Below, one piece after another: positions 40,958-52,900 of a stretch of 64,000 nucleotides of DNA (positions are counted from its first letter, which is position 1; the number at the start of each line of letters is the position of its first letter). Source of the DNA: Perna viridis (lineage: Eukaryota); assembly GCA_037379345.1 (NCBI GenBank), contig CM074517.1:3968001-4032000 (forward strand), given 5' to 3'. Position numbers and translations under genes: made by a program. The notes beneath the pieces were generated by a model. It searched no databases. It saw nothing but the letters and a program-made list of their open reading frames with translations, and was not told the origin of the DNA.

Positions 40958-43900
40958 GTAAGTTTACTTGTATTAATTTCTGTTGAGTGAGGTTGCACGC
41001 CGGGCAATGCTTTAGTTGTTGTCATGTAATTATATGTTAATTCAATAATTTATGCGACGAAGTTACATCCACAGCCACAGGCATGCCACTTGAAGTACCA
41101 AGCATTGATAGAAACAAGTGGCCGTTGTTAAATGAATACTTGGTGTTATGCCATAAGGTTATATGTTTGGAATAGGTGACTTTGAAGAACATCAGAGTTG
41201 AGGATAATTGAATTTCAACTTCTTCTCTCCTGACGTCCTGTAACTTGATATGCACTAGGGGGATCCAGCTACTATTTATACTGATATAGATAGTAGTGAT
41301 TTATCAATGTTCCATGTATAATGAATTTTGATTATTTACATTAAGATAGATTTGGTAAGAACAATTTTAAGACTTTCTCCCTCCAAAACAACACAAATCA
41401 TTCTGTCGATAACAAAAAAAATCATAATTTATGTTGAAATTAGCAATATACAATGTAAATTATGAAGAAAATCTATATTATAAGTTGGTAATCAATTGGT
41501 GAGTATGAATACCCAAAATATAATAATTTGTGCCAAGAATACTTGAAGATTTTTAAAACTTGTGCATGGAACAAGTTCTGCGACCCCCTTAAATTTGTGC
41601 ATTCTTTATCAGTCGTGATTGTACAGTGAAATCGGACAATTTGGCCTGCTGACAACTCAGCCCGTGTCTCTGGACCACTACGACTGTATATTCAGGAACT
41701 AGGACCATCATATAAGACAACTCTGACCATCATACAAGACAACTCAGCCCGTGTTGAATGAGTGCTATGACTGTATTTAAGGATTGTTTGGATACTACGT
41801 CCACATACCACATTCCAGACGCCTTCGCCAAACTATGTGTGGTAGTGTTTACAGCCTGACCATCTAGACAGTGACTTTATGATTTGATTGTGTAAATGTG
41901 TTTTAAATAAACTCAGTGCTTTGTTGTTACATATATTAATAATGTGAATGTTGATGTGCTTCAAATGAACTCAGTACTTTAGTTACTTTGTTTACATGTA
42001 TTGATTATGTGAATGTTATGCCTTATTTGTTGATCTTAATAAACATATCGGTAATTTGTAGCTTTACATATTTTTATTGTATGAAAAAAGTCTCAATATA
42101 ATAGCAGAGAAAATCCACACTGACTGAGCCAGTACCAAGAAAAAAAAATCCGCACAAACATGAAAAAAACTACACAGACAAATGGTTACACAGGTTAATA
42201 TTTCAATCAGGAAATAAACAGATCTATCCATGTAAACTGTTTTCACAGAATATTCCTACATGCATACACTTCAAAATAAGACCCAGTTCACTTAGAGGTC
42301 CTGTAACACGGTCCAAGTTGTCCTGTAACACAGTATTATTAGTCCTGTTACACGATCCAGTGGTCTTATAACATGGTCCGATTAGTCCAGAAACATGGGC
42401 CAAGTGGTCTGGAGAGACAGTCCGAGAGGTCGTGGGGAGTGTTCTGGGGGCTGAGATGTCTGTAATTCATGGTACAGTATTTTGGTATTCACTCTTCTCA
42501 CTTCATTATCCTATAAATTTGTACCTATTTAGTTAAAGGGGTTCAAACTCCTCTGGTTGCAAAAATTTACCAAGTTAAATAGGGAAAAAAAAGTGACGAA
42601 ACACATCTATTGGATGCTCTCACCACATCAAAGCTTAGTCATTCTATAAAATAAGCCTTTACTTGACCCTTTGATCTATTAGAATGCCTAAGTTATGGCA
42701 GTCATTTCTCAAATATTTAAGCATGACATTAGTTGACACAACCAAGTCTCATACATGTACATGTATGTGCCCAAGCCTTACTAGCAAGGAACTTAGTGTA
42801 CTTACTGAACAAAAGAAAAAAAAACGGATATGTTGAAATGTACATTTTTTGTAACAAATGCACTGGTGTATAATCTAAATACAAAATAGTTAATACCTTC
42901 AGAGACCACCAAAAGCTCTTCAATAAGTGTAAACACACCTTTAAGTAAGCTCTAGAAGACCCAACATCAAAATCCATGGCAATTGAAAGATGACAATTTT
43001 TATAATGACACAAAAACATCTTTATGACCGATATCTTCAGATTGTGGACAGGAGCATGGCCTTAATTATCCCCTTTAATGTAAGGTCAAAAATGAAATAA
43101 AAAAAAAACACACCTGTGACCATAAAATTTGTCTTTTTACATCAAAACTGATTCAAAAGTTACTGGTAAGCAAATTTTCCTTCCTGTCAGTGTTTGAAAG
43201 CCAGTAATTGTCTCATACAACACATTTTTTTCCTTCATTACAACCTTGACATGTTTGTTTGGTTTGAAGTTAAAGTAAAAATGAGTGTTCCAATTGGTTG
43301 GTATTTTTCAAGAAAAATTCCGCGTATTGGATTGCTTGTATAGAAGTGGGATACTCACAGACTATGCACTTGCAATGCAAATACCTAGGTTCATTGTGTT
43401 TTTGATATTACATCAACATTGAGGGTCATAAGACTCAGACCTTTGCATGCTTAATGAATAGTTTTTTTTCATTGACAGGTTGCTGTCATGCAAGATCAAT
43501 ATTTGTTCCTGGAGGTCGAGTGTTTGTCTGGCCAGTCATACAGAAATTACAAAGGTATATTTTATGCATTTATTGTTTACACAAAAAAATACAAGTTCAA
43601 AATACATTGTATATGGAGAAAAAATTATTAAAACAAATTCATTACATGCATATACAAATGTATGAATATGTGCAATGTACAAATGTACATTAGAAAAACA
43701 TTTTATTTTGATACTTGTCATTAACCAGGTATTAAAATTTCAGTAAAATCATTAGTCAAGATCTGTTTTCATTGAATACATGTATGTGTGGAAGCTCAGC
43801 AGCAGGATATTTATACATTTAAATATAAAAAGTAAACGATAAAATGCATTGGTGTATTTTCCAAATAAATTCCAATAATCACATGAACATTGAAGATGTT

Positions 43901-46900
43901 GTATGACTTTTATCCAAAATGCACACCAGAATGAACCTGAATACAATGACATTGTCAATAGAGAGTCCTCATGTTTACACCTCACATGGTGTGGCTGTAT
44001 CTGTCACAGGTGTGGCACAAGTAAGTCACCCCCCATGTACATACATTCTTCATGTACAGATACATGTATGATATAGTTTGGAAAAGAAGTTGAAATATTG
44101 AAAAAGAATTGATTTGGATCAGCTATCACTTCAGTGTATTAAATTTGAAAATTTTTATGGTATAACAAAAAAATAAAACAATTCAATTCCTGTTGAAGCA
44201 AGGATTGCATCCATACTTAATTTATACATGTACCTGTATACAAAGGTCCTCTTGATGTACTAAGGAATGGTTTAGTGTAGAACTCTTTGTACATGCGTAC
44301 TTGGTTTAAAGATTATATGTTAATGTACAACAAGGAATGTTTGTCGTTGCTGTTAACAGTAGTACAATGCTTATTGTTACTTTATTTTGCTGTCGCTATT
44401 CGGTCATTGTAGTTGGTTCTACTTACATGTAGTATCAGTTCATGTCTTTATTTAAGTCATTGCTGCATTCTTCCAACTACAAAGTACACTGTACAATTTG
44501 TACTTCCCCCCATTTTCTTATCAAAATGCTGTCTATTTTGCTTCTACATTAAGTTGTGGTAAACCATGCATATAATTGACTTGTTACTTTGCACAAGTAT
44601 AGAATGCAACTGCAATATTCATCAATGGTACATTTGCATGTACATGTAAATACATTTGTACCTTCTTGAAAGAAAAGAAGAATTTTACCACATTTGACTA
44701 CCTACACGTACATGTACATGATACACATAACTAATATACTTGTACATGCACATCATTTTCTGATATTTTGCAAGGTTTTATACATGTACATGTGTATTTA
44801 AAAATTGTACATTACTTTTTATTGTTCAAGAACATGGAAACTTTCTTTATAATTAAATGAATTTCACCCTCATTAAGACTCAATGGAACTATGTTTGAAA
44901 TTAGTTATCTTATTTTAGAAAAAAATAGGAATATATTGTCTAAAAATAGGAATATATTGTCTAAAAATAGGAATAAATTGTCTAAAAATAGGAATATATT
45001 GTCCAAAAAGAGTGTCCCTAACTAAGTATTTGTATTGTACCTTAAGATGTACCTTAAACTCTGAAACAACTTGAACAAAACAAGGGCTAATTATTTCTGA
45101 ACATTTAGTCAGGATGTACAGTTGCTGCACTTGCACATGATTTGGTACTCTTTAGTGAGGTACAAAATGTTAATTTGTAGTTTTAAATTTTGAGTATTAA
45201 GTTTTTACTTTTGTTTCAAAATGTGGTATAAAAAGTAAGCTTTAGTGTTGGCAATAAATTTCAATGTTTCCTGTTCTTTTGTTCATCAAGATATATTGTG
45301 AAGTTGCATGTTAGTAATTTTACCTAATTTCATATTATTTACATTGAAATAATTTGATTTTCAGACTATCCCTTAATACCATGACATTACACATAGAAAG
45401 CCCTAATGTGTATACACAATTTGGGGTAGCTATTTCTGTCACAGGTGTGGCTCAGGTGAGCAGAAATGATCTCTGACCTTTCTTTCTTTTCAAACTTATT
45501 CTTTACTATACCAACTAGAAGTTACATGCAATAGCAGACATTGATACAACTTTGTCTTTGTTAAATATTGTAAAAAAATTATATATTGTCAGTGGTGTTG
45601 CAAACTTCAAATAAATGGTGGGGAGGAGTCAAGCTTCACTTTAATCAGGTGGGTTTGTACGAGTGTGTGGTCATGTTACATTGAATGTATATTTCTAATA
45701 AATATTGTGTATTTTGGAAATTGGTCATGTTTGCTACATGTAGACTTCAAGGGTGAAGAATAAGTTAAATGTTCTGCATTTTAAAGCTGTTTGTCACTTT
45801 TGTAGTTCCATTCACTATATAACTTGTGCATGTTACATACTTCCATTGCTAGTTACATACATAAGTTGCTGGTAGATTGATAGAAATCTATGGAGTATGG
45901 TGTAGGAAATATATATACATGTACATGCTTCAAATTTGTAGTATATTTTGTAATATACACGTACATGTATGGACAGTATACATGTATATCAAAACACAAT
46001 TGTAACATTTGAATTAATCATTACATTTGCTCATTACACAAGAATTAAAAGAATCTTCCATAGTTTGGCAATTGCTTCTGCAAAAGTTAAAATTTATGCC
46101 ATTAGGATACGCTTGTAATAAATGAGAAGAGATTTCATTCAAGTGCATGTACATGTAGCTTGAAGGATAACCTTTTACTTGTTTAATGGATTGGAAATAA
46201 TATAGTCATACTGGTTAAAATTTCTCTACCTACGTCATGTACTCCATAGATTTCTGAATTTTGCATGTAATTCCATTATGAATAGAAGGAGGTTTGTTTT
46301 CAGGTTATCCTTAAATCTTCTGACATTACCAATAGATAGTGCTAATGTTTATACTCAGCTTGGTGTAGCTGTATCTATTAAAGGTATAGCTCAGGTAAGA
46401 TAAAGTGTTCTAGCTAACATACTGAGAAGCCATTTTAGGGGGGTTGGTGGTGATAGGTCTTGATGTCTCTTGCTAAAATAACAGGGTGGAAGGCCTTTGT
46501 TCAATGTGGATGAGTTGGAAATTCTTGATGTCCTTTACTAAGTGTTAAGGCTAATATGAATGAAGGTGGTCTTATCTCAGATAGGATAGGTTAGGTAAGA
46601 GGACTTGATACTCTCACAAGCCAACCTTTGATATGATAGGTCTTCCCCCCTTCTCACATTACAGTACTACAAAGGCATTTTTATTTACAAATGAGGTATC
46701 TCGTACAGTGTAATAATCAATGTCAAGGGAAAGAACTGCATGTGTAATAATCATCAGTACATTTTCTGCATTTCCTGTTATTTTTACATTATGAAGAAGT
46801 CTCCACTGAGTTGATAAGGTCACCCATTTGCCTGCCTTTTTTATTCACATGGTAACTTGTACATGTAAGTAGTATGTGTCATTGTAGCATAAGGATAAAT

Positions 46901-49900
46901 ACCAATTAAACTCAAATCTATGTTTCTATTGATTGTTTGGCATTGTATTTTTTATTCTTCCAAGCACTGGGAAAAATAGTAGTATTTCAACACAAATACA
47001 AACTACATATATGATAAATGTACATGTAGTGTCTGGTGAATACACTTTCTGTTTAAAGGAAAAGTGGTAGGAAAAGTATTGTGGCAAAAGGTCATTTTAT
47101 ATTAAATGACTTTATTAAACCTTTAACTCATTATCTATTCCTTTCTGAGCCAAGTTAAGTTCTTGATGTGGTGAAAAAGTTAGCTTGAATGCTTGTTGAT
47201 TCTAAACTTATATTAAGAGATACATATAGCTTACACATTCAGAGTTCAAATAGCCTTTCACAATGGCAAAGTTCATCCCACCTGCCCATAAGTTTGTTGT
47301 AAGGCCACCCCATTGAATTATTTTCTTTTGTCTAGGCAGGGTGGTTCTTAAATCAAACTCAAACTACTTCTATATACATGTACATAATTTTGTCTAAGGA
47401 AAAAGAAAACTGCTATAATCATATAAAATTATTAAATTTGATATATTATAGTGAAAATTCTCTCCCCAACCATTCAATTATTAAAACAATACATAAAGGA
47501 ACAATGTGGGAACCTATGTATTAAATATCAAATTATAGTGAATAGTACAAATTTATCTTGGATTAAACTGGTGTCTCCTTCATTCTTTTAAGTCAATCAA
47601 ATCCATAGATGATAAAGAGATAAATTCTAACATACACTTAAAAGCTTGACTATGAGTTATCCCCTCTAATTGATCAAGCCTCTTTTTCCTCCTAAATTGT
47701 CAACAAAGAGAGGAAATACAAGATATTATCCTAATAAGTCCTGGAAAGAAGATTAATTAGGAAACTTAATGATAGAGATATTCAGTTCTAATCCTGTTAT
47801 AAACATACGTGTAGAATATAAATGTCCTTAGTTGCAACTTATGCCAGTCTCCATACACGGTTCAGTGTAGTACAAAAAAAAAACATACATGTACATTTTG
47901 TAGTGCTTTTTTGCAGAGCTACTGTTTGAGTATTGTGTCATACACATGTATTATATGAACTTTAGTTAGAAAGCACTATAAGCACTTTATTCTATTTTAT
48001 GTAAGATTGTTTTTGTTTGTTGGGGTTTAACGCCTGAGCAGCAATATTTCAGCTATATTCAGGTGAATTTTTTAGTAAGAGACAATTCTCCTAGAAACTA
48101 AAATGCAATTTCAAACATTGTAAGGACAACAGTGCTAGTTAATTATATGATCATTTGATATCTTCAATATGCTTCCTATGAATCCTATGAAATTTGAACA
48201 TGTTTAAAAACATTGACCTAAGGCAGTTAGTCTGATTAAAGTAAAACTAGGTATGCTATGCTAAACATCTTGTCTTTTGGTAGTGTTTTCATTAATAGAA
48301 AGAAAGGGATTAAAGCTACTTATTTACATGATACTGTCAGGAATTAATTGAAATCCTTCACCAGCTATGCCTAATAACTACATTTGTTATAGAAACACTG
48401 GCTGGTCATGTGACTAATTTATTATATTTATATCATTTAATTAATCTGATCTTTTTATACATGTAGTACTGGGAAGCTCTTTATACATATAATACTGGGA
48501 AGCTCTTTATACATGTATAGAAATAAATAATACACACTGATATAATAAATTCCTTTTAGTAGAATTGCACAGTAAGAACTTATAAATTATATAATTTCAA
48601 TTTCTTGTTGATAAGTCAGATGCATCTCTATTATACATTCAATACAGTGTTTGTAACATATCTTACAGTTAATTTATATTTGTTAATGATTATAAATTCA
48701 GCTTCTGTTTCATTGTTACATGTACATTATACATGATAAATGCAAAAAAAAAAATTTTTGTTATATCTATGTCAGTTGTTTACTAAATTTCACCAAACCA
48801 ATGTAGTGATTGTCATAATGATGTTAATTTTTATTACCCATGTCAGGTGAAGATTCAAGGTTCCAACCAAGATATGTTAGCATCAGCGTGTGAACTTTTC
48901 TTAGGCAAGAATGACACTGAGATTAGAAAAGTTGCCCAAGAAACACTTGAAGGACATCAGAGGGCTATCATGGGAAATATGACTGTTGAGGTTCATATCA
49001 TTCGTATTTAGCACTTTCATACTGTAACCTTGTGGATAAACTACAAATGTACATATACAAGACTTTTGGTCATGTAGAAGTTATAAGTTTCTTTCAAGTT
49101 TAGTATTAGTTTCAACATTTGAGCCTGGGCAAGAAATAATTATTGAAATTAGCTGGATATTTTGAGATTTTCAAGTTTCATGAGTTATATAACCCTTTTC
49201 CCTATGATTCTGTCTGAATAATTAATTGCTTGACATTTGGCATGGCAGAAATTCTAGTGATCATCCATCTGTTTTAGGAAACCCACATAAGGAACATAGC
49301 ATACTTGTTTTTGATTGGTCAACTCAGTTCAAGGTCAAAAGAATGCAACACAATCACAAAACAACCAATTGTTATGACTACTTTTTCATATCATTTGTTT
49401 TTTGGTTTCACATCATCTGAGGGGTAATATAATTATAAGTATCTTACAATCCAAGAAGTGAGTAAAAGAACCAAATCATAGAGAATACAAACAAATACAG
49501 GTACATGTAGAAATGTATTTTATTAGGATTTCCAAGCTTAAATAAAGTAAATCTTTACAGATTTCTGTATGGCAGAAAAATGGAGGGTTTTGAGTATATT
49601 AAACTAAGAGAACTAGAGATCATTTAATGCTTACTACTGCATTCATGGTAGCATTTCGATATTCATGCTTTTTAAAGAGTAAAATATAAAGAGATACCAG
49701 TTTGCTAGGCATCTTATAGTTCTAGAAAATTTATGCTTTTGGCAGGAAATCTACAAAGACCGTAAGAAGTTTTCTAAAGCTGTTTTTGAAGTGGCATCGT
49801 CAGACTTGGTAAACATGGGTATCTTTGTAGTCAGTTATACCATTACAGATATTAGAGATAGCGAGGTATGTAGAAGAAACAAGAATTCTTTTTATTTAAA

Positions 49901-52900
49901 GATAGAATGTATGTTAAATGATTTTTCAACTGGAGAATAATGATATAATGGCTTGTATGATACTGCTAAGATTTCTACATACTAAGTACTATTGTACTTG
50001 TAAATTTGTTCTGTTTTAGAAATTTTACAAAACAAAACAGAATCACTATGGTTATATTTTAAAAGTGGTAATGTTTAGCACCTTATAAATGTATGTAGTG
50101 CCTAAGTGATGCATTGTGATTTTACGAAATCATTCTAAATGCATTGCGTATTCATTGTTTTTTTCTTTACAATTTCCCTGAAAGTAGGTGAGTAGTCACT
50201 TTAGATGACTATATGGTTGTTTTAACTTTTAGCAGCCCATCTAAGTATTGTATCTAGGATGTTGGAAATAAGCGTTGTAACCTGAGCAATTGGCTACAAC
50301 CTAAAAATTAATTGAATATTTAAGTAATTAATATAATTAAAGTAATTGTTGATCCCAATTTCATTTAAAATTATAAATTTCACAATAGAAAGGAGAACTG
50401 TTCAAATGTACAAGATAAAAAAAACCACTGTAATATTGAATTGGAATTACTTAGAATGAAAAAGTTTCATGATATTACTATGGTACAACTTTATCAACCT
50501 TAGTATAAAGTATCCATAAGAAAGATCCAGTGTTATTTGTATTGCGTTACGAATTTCAGGGATACTTGCATGCCTTGGGTATGAAACGTACTGCAGAGGT
50601 AAAACGTGATGCAAGAATCGGTGAAGCAGAGGCTCAAAGAGATGCTGGAATTAAGGTGAAGTTTTTATGTTTTTCAGGAACCTTGCAGCCTATTGTCACA
50701 GTGTTGATTCACTGCTTGCTGCTGGTTTATGTTGTATATTTAAACTGTTACTATTGATTCACTAACATTTATCATCAGGGGTATTTGAAGTCACTTGGTT
50801 TAGCCCGTACTGCACAAGTTAAAAGGGATGCTCGTATTGGTGAGGCTGAAGCCCAGAGGGATGCTGGTATTAAGGTACCCTGTACTAATATCACTGTTGT
50901 GTCTTATTATTTTAGTGTCACACAAATAACCATTTCATACATAAAATTGGGATGGGATTTTCCACAGATTCACTTATTTACTTTAGATTTTGTCAGTTTC
51001 GGCTTCCTTGTTGTTCCTTGTATCTCATCCCAGATTAAATAATATAGATAATATTCACATTCATCTCTCACATGTTTATTACCCAAATATATTCCATCCT
51101 GACCCTCTATGTCACCTTTTAAAACACTCTAGAGTCAACATTCTTTGTTGGATGTTGACTATACATGGTTTATTATTAGTCCTGAAGAAGATCTCAGTAC
51201 CCTAGCTTTACAAGATGATAGGTCAAATTCACAGGAAATTAAGACCTCTGGGATGTAACATTTTGTGTTGCTCTTATCATTTAATAAATAAGTTCTTTGA
51301 TCAATTTTACCTCAGAATTCATACATTAATGTTTCATTTATACCACAATCCTCATTATAACAGTTTCCAGTTTCATCCTTAAATCATTAAGCACTTATTG
51401 GGTATCAACCCTTCAAATGTATTTAATTTATATAATAATACTTGTCTGTGCTTTTTCTTTAAATTGTTCATTGACATTCGCATTGTTTTGTCTAAGTACA
51501 ACTGAAGAAGTTTTTTTATCTTTAAATAAATACAACACTGTATAACAAAACTGGCCTTTGTGTATGGAATGGATTACTGTGTATTATGGTAGTTAGCTGT
51601 ACCTTGCATTCTGAGACCCCTCCTTATTGAATTTTTCCTATGATTTCATTGGTTGAATATTTGATCCTGATTTGGTTTGCTTGGTATGTGAATGTAATGC
51701 TATTGTTATGTTTAAATACCATATTCTCATCTACTTTGATTTGCATGCACACCTTTGTTTAAGAACATATGTAAAAGTTTTTTTTTTTTTTGAAATTAAC
51801 GAATGATACTTAATCATGCGTATCAGGTTGAAAGTATAATGCAGGTTAAAAGTTGTTCAGGATGTTTTTTATTGAAATGCAACACGTAAGTTATCAATGC
51901 ATTCTCTTTTTATGATCAAAACTATCACTTTCAGTTGATCAGACTTCAAAGAAGATAGAATATTTCTGAAATTCAATTCAAATATACATACAAGCAGAAC
52001 TGCTGAATGTATTATTCAATGTTCACTCTGATTAGTCTGAATGTATCATTCAATGTTCACTCTGATTAGTCTGAATGTATTATTCAATGTTCACTCTGAT
52101 TAGTCACTGCTGAATGTATTATTCAATGTTCACTCTGATTAGTCTGAATGTATTATTCAATGTTCACTCTGATTAGTCTGAACGTATTACTCAATGTTCA
52201 CCCTGATTAGTCACTGCTGAATGTATTATTCAATGTTCACTCTGATTAGTCACTGCTGAATGTATTATTCAATGTTCACTCTGATTAGTCTGAATGTAAT
52301 ATTCAATGTTCACTCTGATTAGTCACTGCTGAATGTATTATTCAATGTTCACTCTGATTAGTCACTGCTGAATGTATTATTCAATGTTCACTCTGATTAG
52401 TCACTGCTGAATGTATTATTCAATGTTCACTCTGATTAGTCACTGCTGAATGTATTATTCAATATTCACTCTGATTAGTCTGAATGTATTATTCATTGTT
52501 CACTCTGATTAGTCACTGCTGAATGTATTAAGGCTAACCTTGGCTGGTATTGATATTTTTAAAACATACATGTATTACTAACCTTTTGTAAAACCATAAT
52601 GTAACAGCTTGGAAATTTCTACTTCAATTAAAAACGCTTGAATATGGAATGAAGTGGGTTTTCCCCTCCATTTTTATCATTATATGTTGTGAGCATGTAC
52701 TATATGTATTTTCATGTTTTTCATTCATAACAATATGAATCATTTGTGTTCCTTATATTCTTAGATTGTTCGATTTTTGACATGTTATAGGAAGCACAAA
52801 CCTGGTTCTAAATTTTACTAACACTAACTTGACAGTTCAGTAGAGATATGTAGAACAATATAGAGAGTGTATCAGAGACAGACTACTCTCTCTGGAATTA

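Noticed and set aside
43444-46742. Seven TGCATG motifs as stand-alone evidence of RBFOX control
   Set aside because: The reverse complement CATGCA occurs about five times in the same span, consistent with composition rather than strand-specific selection
51999-52530. CRISPR-like appearance of 34/39-bp hairpin repeats
   Set aside because: Head-to-tail units without spacers; no cas genes
52791-52811. Possible poison/terminal exon EAQTWF* after ttatag
   Set aside because: Only two codons resemble exon 7; no other support
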